Origin: a virus
Taxonomy: Duplodnaviria; Caudoviricetes
DNA length: 28,837 nucleotides
Virus record (IMG/VR): IMGVR_UViG_3300025124_000032
Span: 1-28,837 of that record
Strand: one strand, 5' to 3'
Shown here: piece by piece, positions 7,927-15,994 of the stretch
Layout: every line of letters starts with the position of its first letter
Position numbering within the stretch: position 1 is the first letter of the stretch
Notes under the pieces: model-generated
What the model saw: the letters and a program-made list of their open reading frames with translations, nothing else
What the model was told of the DNA's origin: nothing
Databases searched by the model: none
Translations under genes and position numbers: made by a program

Positions 7927-8180
7927 CACAAAGCAAATTTACACTGGAGCAGTTGTTTATATCAAAACAAGAGGCTTTTGATTTACTATTTTTTGCGATA
8001 AAAAGAGAAATAGAGTTGCAACAAAAAGTACATAAAGAGTTTTTAAAACACAATGATTTTATTGAACCAAACGAGGTTTTTGATATAAATACGTGTGTTT
8101 TAAACAACTTTTTAGAACAATTAAAAGAACAAGATGCTAAGACTTTTTTAGTTTCTGAGTTTATTTATTATCAAAAATAA
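7923..8180 (+). CDS. Hypothetical protein
   Basis: ATG 7923 overlaps the upstream TGA (ATGA coupling); 85 aa. Confidence 0.65.
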   Translation: MTQSKFTLEQLFISKQEAFDLLFFAIKREIELQQKVHKEFLKHNDFIEPNEVFDINTCVLNNFLEQLKEQDAKTFLVSEFIYYQK

Positions 8181-8202
8181 ATCCTTCTTAACCTTCTATC
8201 AC

Positions 8203-8238
8203 AAAAAAGCCTTCAAATTTGATTTGAAGGCTTTTTTT
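8203..8238. terminator. Bidirectional intrinsic terminator between the convergent early and packaging operons
   Basis: A6-GCCTTCAAAT-TTG-ATTTGAAGGC-T7. Confidence 0.9.
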
Positions 8239-8262
8239 GTTTAGACAGACAACGGTCTGTCT

Positions 8263-8832
8263 TTACTGTTCAAAAGTTTTGTTCATTTTGTTTTCTAAGC
8301 GTGTTCTTATCTTGTCTATCAATGGTTTTGAGTTTCCCATAAATTGCCTTTTTGGAATGGGAATAGTTAGCTTTTTGGCAAGACTCATTTTTGCCCACGT
8401 GTTTGCTGCCTTTGTGGTTTTTGAGGCATCTCCTTTGTGAGAGAAAAACATTCTTTGTTTAAATGTTGGTGTTTGTACGATTGTACCACCTTCGTTGTGG
8501 ATTTGTGCGTACTTTATTGGTGTTCCGATTACGATTCGTTTTGCTGTTGCTGATTTTACTTCTAAACTTCTGCGTAAAATTCCACTTCCTTTACCTATCA
8601 AAATACCTCTATTTGGCTTTTTTTCTTCTGGGTCAATCGGGTCTTTTCTATCTTCCCACTTTTTGAATGTTCCTTTTTCATCAGTAAAGCCTTGTTTATC
8701 CCAACTATCGTCGAAAGTCTGTAAGGCATCGTTGGCTACTAATCTAGGAAAGTCTTTTGCTAGATAGGTTTGCAATTCCTTTTTTTTGGCTGCCAAATCC
8801 TTTCCTAAGTCTTTTATATTTCGTTTTTTCAT
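8263..8832 (-). CDS. Virion morphogenesis protein (Mu gpG / P2 gpS-like)
   Basis: GILIGKGSGILRRSL...YAQIHNEGG...IPKRQFMG motifs. Confidence 0.9.
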   Translation of the reverse strand: MKKRNIKDLGKDLAAKKKELQTYLAKDFPRLVANDALQTFDDSWDKQGFTDEKGTFKKWEDRKDPIDPEEKKPNRGILIGKGSGILRRSLEVKSATAKRIVIGTPIKYAQIHNEGGTIVQTPTFKQRMFFSHKGDASKTTKAANTWAKMSLAKKLTIPIPKRQFMGNSKPLIDKIRTRLENKMNKTFEQ

Positions 8833-8852
8833 AGTGTTTCAATTTATCATTT

Positions 8853-8896
8853 ACCGAACGGTTCGCTTAAAGCGAACCGTTCGTTCGTTCGTTCGT
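8853..8896. repeat. Palindrome family A copy with TTCG stutter tail
   Basis: ACCGAACGGTTCGCTTAAAGCGAACCG followed by (TTCG)x4. Confidence 0.85.
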
Positions 8897-8936
8897 AAAA
8901 AACACCTTTTAAAGAACTTTTAAAAGGTGTTTTTTT
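8897..8936. terminator. Symmetric intrinsic terminator downstream of the toxin-immunity cassette
   Basis: A6-CACCTTTTAAA-GAACT-TTTAAAAGGTG-T7. Confidence 0.8.
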
Positions 8937-8946
8937 GTGGTTAAGA

Positions 8947-9123
8947 TTATTGTTTGGTTTTGAGTTTTTTGCGTTCTTCTTCAAAACGCTTTTCTATTTC
9001 TCTCAAAACTTCATTATCATCTGTTCCATCAAGTTGATTTGTATTGCTATAAAACTCTTTTATAGCTTCTTTATGTATTCTTCGGTGCAGTTCTTTTTCT
9101 TCTGCTGTTCGTTTATTTTTCAT
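8947..9123 (-). CDS. 58-aa charged helical protein, second candidate immunity protein (absent from the ORF track)
   Basis: Hand translation MKNKRTAEEKELHRRIHKEAIKEFYSNTNQLDGTDDNEVLREIEKRFEEERKKLKTKQ; A-rich leader; followed by a terminator. Confidence 0.65.
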   Translation of the reverse strand: MKNKRTAEEKELHRRIHKEAIKEFYSNTNQLDGTDDNEVLREIEKRFEEERKKLKTKQ

Positions 9124-9196
9124 TTTAAATCAATGGTTTTAAGGGTTGCTTTTTCTGTTCTGTTGTCATATCAGATACTTTCATCAAAATAATCTT

Positions 9197-9379
9197 TTAG
9201 GGTTTTAAAGTCTTCTTATCTAATTCTGCAATTTTATCTCTGACTTTGTGCATTTCATCAAAGACTTCTTTAAATCTTTTTTGATATTCTTCGGAATCGT
9301 CATATTCCTCACCTTGTAGTTTGCATTTTTCTTTTTGTAACTCTTTTGCTCTTTTTACGAGTTCTTCCCTTGTTTTCAT
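9197..9379 (-). CDS. 60-aa candidate immunity protein of the MuF-ART toxin
   Basis: ATGA overlap with the toxin stop; small helical protein with acidic core EEYDDSEEY. Confidence 0.7.
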   Translation of the reverse strand: MKTREELVKRAKELQKEKCKLQGEEYDDSEEYQKRFKEVFDEMHKVRDKIAELDKKTLKP

Positions 9380-11955
9380 AGTTCTTTTAGTTTGATGGTA
9401 AAATTACTTCCATTTTTAATAAAATCAACAACCTCAAAGTTAGTATCTTTTAAGAACAAAACCTCATATTCTGAGTCTACTTCATCAGCAAATTTTTCAC
9501 CATAGTAAGAAATAGCGTTAATGTACTTTCCTGTTTTTGATACTATCTCAAAATCCACATTTCCTGATGAGTATAAATCAGCCATCGCCTCTTTATTTTT
9601 GGAGGTAGAAGTAAAGAAAGTGTGTTTGTAAGGCTGTTTTTCCTCAAACGCTTTTCTGTATTCTTCAATGATTTCTTGTCTTAGTTTTGCATTTCTGAAT
9701 ACAGTTCCTTTAAAATTAGGTAATTTTTTTAAAGCATCTTGCATAGTTTGAGCGTAAGTAGTTAAAAAATCATTCGTTTCTATTTTTCCTCTTAGCATTT
9801 TATTGAGTTCACTAAATCCACCATCGGTATAATAATGCAGAGCAGTTGCTTCCGTTTCAGATAATTGAGGAAATACTTTATCCAGTTCTTTCAGCTTTAC
9901 TCTCTCATTTACCTTTTTGAAATTATCATTTTGTAGTAAGGTTTTTGAATCTAACCCCACTTGTTTTTTGATACTTTCCTTTTCTTTGTTAGATAAGTCT
10001 TTCGAATAGCTATGTTTGTTTTCATCAAATACTTTTGCCGTTTTTCCTACATTTTCCTCAAACCCTTTACTTGGTTGTGGCAAATCTTTAGGTAGAGGCA
10101 GACGACTGTCTGCCTTTACAGAATCTGTATCTTCTAATTTACGCACCGAACAACGGCAATTAAAGCCCAACGGAGGATAATGGGTATTCCAAAAATCGTC
10201 TTCTACTCTTCGGATTATTCCATTCAAACGTTGATGCTCTCCACGTACTGCCTTATCGCCTTGCGTTCTAAACTCCAAAAAAGGAAACAAATCTTTATCT
10301 CGTTGTATGTCTTGCCATTTTTTGGCTGCCTGTGCCGATGCAACGGAAGTGTTATATTCGGCACGTAGCCATTTTTGATTGTAGTCTGTAAGAATTTTAT
10401 TTGCTTCTATTTGAAATTGTGCAAAGGTTCGTAATTCTTCTTTTTCATTCGTGAGTAGTTTTGCTAATTGTTTGTCTAAGTCTTTTTGTAATGAGTGTGT
10501 TTTGTTTGCTGCAAAAACAGATTGATTGTACAACAATTCATTAAAAAATGCTTTATCCTTTTTAGGTACATTTTCATAACCTTCTGAAATTGCAGCTTGT
10601 AAAATCTCATTGTAGATATTGAAAACTGGTTTTGAAATTTCGCCTTTCTTAAATTGTCCTTCAAAGACTTGTTTTATGAAAGTAGATAAATCAATATCAA
10701 ATTCTAAGTTGTCATCGTCATTATTTAAGGTACAACAATCATCCGAATTGTTCGGTAGTATCATTGTACCGAAAGACTTTTTTTTTTCAGAAAAGCTCAA
10801 ATTTTGTTTGTCTTCTGTTTTTTTGTTTTCGTTTGTGTTTTGCTTTTCTTCTTTGTTTTCAGGCATTACAAAACGAAACTCACACCCTTCAAAGTCGTAA
10901 CCGTGTGAAACCAAAAAAGGTAAAAATTGATGTGTCATTACACTTTCCATATATCTCATATCAGCATCTACAATGTCATTGAGCATACGCTCGTGAACTT
11001 CTGCCGAACCGACAAAGGCTTGTGTATCTGTTGTTGCTGTGCCTCCTGAAATCAGTTTTGATAGTTCTTCATTTTGCATGTTTATCAGTTCGGAATATAT
11101 TTGATATGAGCCTGTGCCGTGACTAGCTTCTATGTACTGCATATCGTTTCTTTCTTTTCCTCCAAATCTCGCCCATCCGTTACTTCCCATATTTGTGAGC
11201 ATTTGGTCATAGTTTTCTAACGATGCCTTATCCATTTCATCTGTAAAGAAAGCAATAAAAGGCATTCCGAATTTTTCAGACTTGATACTCCAATCATCCA
11301 TAGAGTAATTTTTACGGATTACATAGGGTACGGCTTTTTCCAAAAGTCCTAAATCTCCATTATCTACTTCAAACAAAAAATTATTCTCTCTGATTGATTT
11401 ATCTCTATAATCATAACCTACTGAACTACTCAAATCAAAATAAATCTTTCCTTCTTTTCCCACAACGTGAGGGCGTGGAATAAGTCGCACCTCTTTAAAT
11501 TCTTTGTTTTGGCTTGGCACAAATTCTAATAAAGAGTTTCCATAGAAAATAGCATCTAAAGCCAAATCCATTGTATCAAAGAAAATAGGTTTTTTGAATG
11601 CCTTTGTTTTTTCTTCGTTTAGTTTGTCGCCCTCAAAAATAGCAAATCTTTGTTTTAAGACTTTTTGCTTCCTATTATAGACTTGTGCCGAAAGGTGTCC
11701 ATCACGCATAACCTTTCTATACTGCTCCATTAAGTCAAAATTCTTTGGATAATGGATTCTTTCGGCAGTATCTAAGGCATTTTTAAACTCTTTCATACCG
11801 AGTTTTACTCTTGCTTGTCGTTCTATGATTTTGCCATAAAACGTTTTTTTCTTTTGGGTGTCTTGGGAAAGAGTTGTTAAGGAGTTTTCAGTCAGACGAC
11901 TGTCTGACTTTACTGCAAACCCTAACCAGTTTTTTATTTTAGTAAGTGTATTCAT
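9376..11955 (-). CDS. Portal (DUF935/Mu gp29-like) - MuF minor head domain - ADP-ribosyltransferase toxin fusion
   Basis: N-term DGHLSA, DAIFYGNSLLE, SEKFGMP, GSAEVHE (portal); middle DKAVRGEH..LNG..FWNTHYPPLGFNCRC (MuF); C-term HYYT..ELNKMLR..VFR..FTSTS..EYEVLF (R-S-ExE ART). Confidence 0.9.
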   Translation of the reverse strand: MNTLTKIKNWLGFAVKSDSRLTENSLTTLSQDTQKKKTFYGKIIERQARVKLGMKEFKNALDTAERIHYPKNFDLMEQYRKVMRDGHLSAQVYNRKQKVLKQRFAIFEGDKLNEEKTKAFKKPIFFDTMDLALDAIFYGNSLLEFVPSQNKEFKEVRLIPRPHVVGKEGKIYFDLSSSVGYDYRDKSIRENNFLFEVDNGDLGLLEKAVPYVIRKNYSMDDWSIKSEKFGMPFIAFFTDEMDKASLENYDQMLTNMGSNGWARFGGKERNDMQYIEASHGTGSYQIYSELINMQNEELSKLISGGTATTDTQAFVGSAEVHERMLNDIVDADMRYMESVMTHQFLPFLVSHGYDFEGCEFRFVMPENKEEKQNTNENKKTEDKQNLSFSEKKKSFGTMILPNNSDDCCTLNNDDDNLEFDIDLSTFIKQVFEGQFKKGEISKPVFNIYNEILQAAISEGYENVPKKDKAFFNELLYNQSVFAANKTHSLQKDLDKQLAKLLTNEKEELRTFAQFQIEANKILTDYNQKWLRAEYNTSVASAQAAKKWQDIQRDKDLFPFLEFRTQGDKAVRGEHQRLNGIIRRVEDDFWNTHYPPLGFNCRCSVRKLEDTDSVKADSRLPLPKDLPQPSKGFEENVGKTAKVFDENKHSYSKDLSNKEKESIKKQVGLDSKTLLQNDNFKKVNERVKLKELDKVFPQLSETEATALHYYTDGGFSELNKMLRGKIETNDFLTTYAQTMQDALKKLPNFKGTVFRNAKLRQEIIEEYRKAFEEKQPYKHTFFTSTSKNKEAMADLYSSGNVDFEIVSKTGKYINAISYYGEKFADEVDSEYEVLFLKDTNFEVVDFIKNGSNFTIKLKEL
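10729..10787 (-). other. Candidate programmed -1 frameshift cassette (A_AAA_AAG, 6-nt spacer, hairpin)
   Basis: Minus strand GAA AAA AAA AAG TCTTTC GGTACAATGAT-ACTA-CCGAA-CAA-TTCGG-ATG-ATTGTTGTACC; -1 frame stops at TGA 10741-10739. Confidence 0.65.
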
Positions 11956-11958
11956 TAT

Positions 11959-12387
11959 CTATCTACTTTTTAAAGTTTGTGAACCCCAATTAAAATTTTT
12001 AGGTGTTTCGGTTGTTGTGATAGGTGGTAAATCTGGGTTTAGTTGCCCTTTGCTTACCATTTTTAGCCAGTTTATTGCAGCTTCATAACGAATGCCTCTT
12101 ATTTCAGGAACTTGTTTTGGAATAATACGTGCCGTAATATGATACACCATAATATCTACCAAATACATGACGATAAGACGGTTTCTAGTGTCATCGGTGG
12201 GGACACCGACAACGGCAGGTGTGAAAATAAGTCCTGTATCATACCGAGTAGAAAGGTAGCTTTCCATTTCTGAAATACTAGAAAGTTCAATATCAGACAA
12301 AATCAATTCTTTTTGTGCTGGTGTGATGGCATTCAAAATAGAAGTTTCTATTTGAGGTAAAAGGTCGGTTTCTTGTAAAAAAATCAT
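11959..12387 (-). CDS. Mu gp36-like (DUF1320) head-tail adaptor
   Basis: EMESYLSTRYD...DIMVYHI...RYEAAINWLKMVSKG motif; lies between TerL and portal. Confidence 0.85.
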   Translation of the reverse strand: MIFLQETDLLPQIETSILNAITPAQKELILSDIELSSISEMESYLSTRYDTGLIFTPAVVGVPTDDTRNRLIVMYLVDIMVYHITARIIPKQVPEIRGIRYEAAINWLKMVSKGQLNPDLPPITTTETPKNFNWGSQTLKSR

Positions 12388-12398
12388 AATTTAATTTT

Positions 12399-12431
12399 AC
12401 CGAACGGTTCGCTTAAAGCGAACCGTTCGGT
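12399..12431. repeat. Palindrome family A copy
   Basis: ACCGAACGGTTCGCTT-A-AAGCGAACCGTTCGGT. Confidence 0.9.
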
Positions 12432-12442
12432 GAGTTCGGTGA

Positions 12443-13984
12443 TTAGCGATAAAATGAACGAATAGTATTTTTAATAAATCTACCTATTGTTGGTTGTACA
12501 AGTGAGCTTAAAGTTTTTTGCAACATAGATATTGCACCTTCCACGGCATCGGGAGCATCGTCATGTGCGCCTTTACTTCCAAATGCTAAAAGTTGTTCAA
12601 TATAGGTTTTGAAGTCATTGTCTTTCTGTTTTTCTATATTGTGATAAATATGTGTGTTTTCATAAAGTGGCGACATTGCCTCAATACGGCTTTCTTTTGC
12701 GCTTTTGGCTTGTTTGTCTGCACGTATAGCTAATTGATATCCTCTATTTTTACCTTCACTGATGTAATTTTGAAGGTGCATATCTTGAATAAAATTAGCT
12801 TCCATATAATGCTGAGCCGTTGCGCCTTCTTTCAAAATACGCTCATGTAAATCATAATGATAACTTACCATATCATTAATAGACTTTCTTTGCCGAACCC
12901 ACAAATCAATCAAATCATACGTTCCATCACTGCGTAAACCAATCGTTGCAATAGCCTTGTAATCGGCTGTTTTTGTAGCTTTAAAACTTGGGTCGCAATA
13001 CGAAACAATAGCTCGGTAATCTTTTAATGGTAGAATTTTACGCCACGCTATCCATTCTTTTTTAAAGGTATTCCCTTCTGTAATGGGCGTGTTTTGGTAT
13101 TCAGTCATAAAAGCATTTGTACCAATGTCTTTTCTAAGTTTGGTATAAAACGCTTTTGTATATTTTGCTTTCCAAGATGGATTTCCTTTTTCATCTAAGG
13201 CGTTTACTTTGGAGTGTGTCCAATGTGGATTGCGTTCTACTAATTTTGCTAAAATACCTTTATCAGAAATACGATTATTGACAAATGCAAAACGTGCCGT
13301 TCCGATGTCCATTGCAGGAATTAACGCCCTCAAAATCCATTGTACTACTTCCTCTACACGTATTTCGTTTCTGCATAATTCTTCATAATCCAAATCATCA
13401 CAGATAATAAAATCAGGTCTTTTGCTTCCTTTTCGAAGTCCACGAGGAGATTGTCCCATTCCCAACGCCATAAAAGAAACACCGTTTTTGGTAGTAAAAT
13501 CAGAATCAGACCAGTTTCCGTGTGAATACTGCTGCCCAAAATCTTCAATAAAACGTTCGTTGTATTGCAATTCGGCTTGTAAACCTTGTAACAAAATAGT
13601 TGCTGAGGTTTGGTTTTTACCTACCAAAACAAGTGTATTGATTTGTTTATCGTCTTGAATCATTAGCCATAAAGGAATAAACAAATCTACGTGGGTACTC
13701 TTGGCTAATGCCCTTGCCCACTCTACACTAATTTTTATTTGCTTGTTATCTAAAAATTGATTGGCGAGTTTGTTATGAAAAGGCGCATTAGGAATTAGCT
13801 CATCTTTTTCATTCAAACAGTAGTGTTCAAAATAGTATTCACAAAAATAACCATAGTCTTTTTTTGCTTTTTCTATTCTTTGTTTTCTACTTTTTTCGCT
13901 TGTGGGTTTGGCTTTTAGTTTTTTTGTACGTTCGACAAATCCCAACCAATTTTCTAACAACCGTTTTTTATCAACTTCTTTCAT
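12443..13984 (-). CDS. terL: Terminase large subunit
   Basis: Walker A variant WARALAKST, RPDFIICDD Walker B, YCDPS nuclease Asp, HDDAPDA C-terminal motif. Confidence 0.93.
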   Translation of the reverse strand: MKEVDKKRLLENWLGFVERTKKLKAKPTSEKSRKQRIEKAKKDYGYFCEYYFEHYCLNEKDELIPNAPFHNKLANQFLDNKQIKISVEWARALAKSTHVDLFIPLWLMIQDDKQINTLVLVGKNQTSATILLQGLQAELQYNERFIEDFGQQYSHGNWSDSDFTTKNGVSFMALGMGQSPRGLRKGSKRPDFIICDDLDYEELCRNEIRVEEVVQWILRALIPAMDIGTARFAFVNNRISDKGILAKLVERNPHWTHSKVNALDEKGNPSWKAKYTKAFYTKLRKDIGTNAFMTEYQNTPITEGNTFKKEWIAWRKILPLKDYRAIVSYCDPSFKATKTADYKAIATIGLRSDGTYDLIDLWVRQRKSINDMVSYHYDLHERILKEGATAQHYMEANFIQDMHLQNYISEGKNRGYQLAIRADKQAKSAKESRIEAMSPLYENTHIYHNIEKQKDNDFKTYIEQLLAFGSKGAHDDAPDAVEGAISMLQKTLSSLVQPTIGRFIKNTIRSFYR

Positions 13985-14396
13985 ATCCTCCTCCAGTTAT
14001 GTGTAGAATAAAATCAGAATAGATACCCTGTACAAGGTTTGCAATAGTTGTTTCTTGTGTTTCGTGCAAGAACAAAATAAACTCCTGTCCGACGGTCTCA
14101 AAATGTACGGCTGGTATTTTATCTTCTAACTTTCGTATAGAGGAGGCTATTTTTGAAACTCTGTCTTCGTCGAAATTTTCTTGGCTTGTCAGTTTGGCAA
14201 GTTGTCCATACATATTCAAGACGATTTGAAAGCGTTGTTCGGCAATGCTTTTTTGTTTTGTTTTGGCTTCGTCCCAATTCCCTTTTTCTCTCCATTTGGA
14301 GATGGTGTTTTCTGTAACCCCAAACTTTTCGGCAAGTTCTTTACCAGTTAGATTAGCATTTATGAAAAGTATTTTAGCAATATCTTGTTTATCCAT
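13971..14396 (-). CDS. Terminase small subunit (N-terminal HTH, DUF1804-like)
   Basis: LTGKELAEKFGVTENTISKWREKGNW; overlaps the TerL start. Confidence 0.8.
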   Translation of the reverse strand: MDKQDIAKILFINANLTGKELAEKFGVTENTISKWREKGNWDEAKTKQKSIAEQRFQIVLNMYGQLAKLTSQENFDEDRVSKIASSIRKLEDKIPAVHFETVGQEFILFLHETQETTIANLVQGIYSDFILHITGGGYERS

Positions 14397-14435
14397 TTGT
14401 AAAACCGTTTAATTACTGTTTAATTTCGTTTAGAA

Positions 14436-14452
14436 TGCAAAATTATTTTGCA
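14436..14452 (-). promoter_or_regulatory. Leftward -7 promoter element within a palindrome, upstream of terS
   Basis: TAATTTTG on the minus strand (14445-14438) inside TGCAAAAT-T-ATTTTGCA. Confidence 0.5.
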
Positions 14453-14469
14453 GTTGATAAAATGGATAG

Positions 14470-14736
14470 CTAAGAAATTGAAACGCTTAAAGGCGTGTTT
14501 ATTGCGTTTTCTAATTTTGTTAGTTTTTGCTCAATTTCTATTCTGATTTTATATTCTTCTTCGGCAATTTCTAAAAGATACAGAAGTATTTTATTATCCT
14601 GTGTTCTGCCAGATGAAATGGAATATATTTTTTCAGGAGAACATTCAAACTTACTCGCTGCTACTTTTGCGTATCCACGAGGTAATAGTTCTCTTAAATT
14701 GATTTTTTGTAGAAAATCAGTAAAGTTTAATTCCAT
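14470..14736 (-). CDS. Small HTH-like protein, candidate late/middle regulator
   Basis: LRELLPRGYAKVAASKFECSPEKIYSISSG; at the head of the leftward late operon; -7 element TAAATTTG at 14763-14756 favours ATG 14736. Confidence 0.55.
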   Translation of the reverse strand: MELNFTDFLQKINLRELLPRGYAKVAASKFECSPEKIYSISSGRTQDNKILLYLLEIAEEEYKIRIEIEQKLTKLENAINTPLSVSIS

Positions 14737-14755
14737 AACTAGTATCATTTGCTAA

Positions 14756-14887
14756 CAAATTTAGGTAAGTAAGTAAAGTTTTGCTAATCCAATACGTTTT
14801 TATACAGTTTTATACTAAAAAAATAAGCAATTTACGAATTTTATACGGTTTTGTAAATAAAAATACGGAAGTAATCCCTTTACTTTG
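14756..14887. promoter_or_regulatory. Divergent late promoter region with paired direct repeats
   Basis: Leftward TAAATTTG (14763-14756), rightward -7-like TTACTTTG (14880-14887); TTTTATAC at 14798, 14808, 14839 and TTTTGTAA at 14849. Confidence 0.55.
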
Positions 14888-14909
14888 CTATATCAATTAG
14901 TAGTTAGAT

Positions 14910-15078
14910 GATTAGGAGCGAGGGATTAGGGGTTAGGGACGAGGGATTAGGAGCGAGGGACGAGGGATTAGGGATTAGGAAATACACGTCCCACGTCCCA
15001 CACAACACGTCCCACACAACACGTCCCACACAACACATTCCACACAACACATTCCACACAACACGTCCCTCGTAACAC
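14910..15078. repeat. G-rich heptamer array (GGATTAG/GGACGAG/GAGCGAG) followed by C-rich 14-mer array (CACGTCC-CACACAA)
   Basis: About 10 purine-rich heptamers at 14910-14980, then about 6 copies of the 14-mer at 14985-15078. Confidence 0.9.
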
Positions 15079-15091
15079 AAAAAACGCATAA

Positions 15092-15994
15092 ATGAAAAAA
15101 CTAATTCTTTCGGATGAATCTATTAACTCGTATGGTTATCGTGTTCTAACAAAAGGCATTGATTTAAGTGCTTACAAAAAAAACCCTGTTGTATTGTATA
15201 ATCACAATCGTTATCAAGGATTGGTAGGAAAGGGAGTTGATGTTGGTATTGTTGGTAATCAGTTGGTAGCAAAGGAAATCGAATTTTACGAAGGAAATGA
15301 GTACGCTGCTGATATAAAAAGAAAGTACGAACAGGGTTTTCTAAATGCTTTTTCAATCGGTATTCAAATCTTAGAAACGTCAGACGACCCGAAGGATTTA
15401 TTAAAAGGGCAGCGTTATGCAACGGTTACTAAATCGAAGTTGGTAGAATTTTCTATTGTAGAAATGCCAAGCAACTCAAACGCTGTTCGTTTGTACGATG
15501 AGAATATGCAAGAACTTAGTATTTCGGACTTAACTATTTTATCTAACCCACTAGAAACGGTAGATTTAGCTTTACCAAAAAAAGTAGAAGAACAAAACAA
15601 AAATTTAATTTCAATGAAAAATTTACTTCAAAAATTAGGTTTAGCAGACAATGCTACCGAAGAACAAGCCATTGAAGCACTTGTAAAACTTCAAAACCAA
15701 ACTAAAACACTTTCCGAAGGCATTGCAAAAGTGTGTAAAAAATTAGGTGCATTTGAAAACGAACCTGAAAAAGAACAGGCGTTTCAAAAACTGGCAGCTT
15801 CGGACTTAGATAGTGCTTTAGTATTTCTTTCTGCACCTGCAAAAAAAGAAGAAGCTAAAAAGGAACAATCAACTACCGAGCAAGTGTCTTTATCAGATGT
15901 TCTAAAGTCTTTCCAAGGTTTGTCGCAAGAAAAACCAAAGGAAGAGCCAAAAAAGGGTTCTTACGAGCATTATATGCAGTCCATTAAGAAGTAA
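15092..15994 (+). CDS. Prohead protease with C-terminal scaffold (Mu gpI/gpZ-like); likely internal start ATG 15614
   Basis: NSYGYRVLTKGI, NPVVLYNH, GFLNAFSIG, LVEFSIVEMPSNSNA; scaffold-like MKNLLQKLGLADNATEEQAIEAL. Confidence 0.88.
   Translation: MKKLILSDESINSYGYRVLTKGIDLSAYKKNPVVLYNHNRYQGLVGKGVDVGIVGNQLVAKEIEFYEGNEYAADIKRKYEQGFLNAFSIGIQILETSDDPKDLLKGQRYATVTKSKLVEFSIVEMPSNSNAVRLYDENMQELSISDLTILSNPLETVDLALPKKVEEQNKNLISMKNLLQKLGLADNATEEQAIEALVKLQNQTKTLSEGIAKVCKKLGAFENEPEKEQAFQKLAASDLDSALVFLSAPAKKEEAKKEQSTTEQVSLSDVLKSFQGLSQEKPKEEPKKGSYEHYMQSIKK

Noticed and set aside
14904-15089. 61-aa minus-strand ORF
   Set aside because: Translation of the heptamer/14-mer repeat arrays; low-complexity artefact
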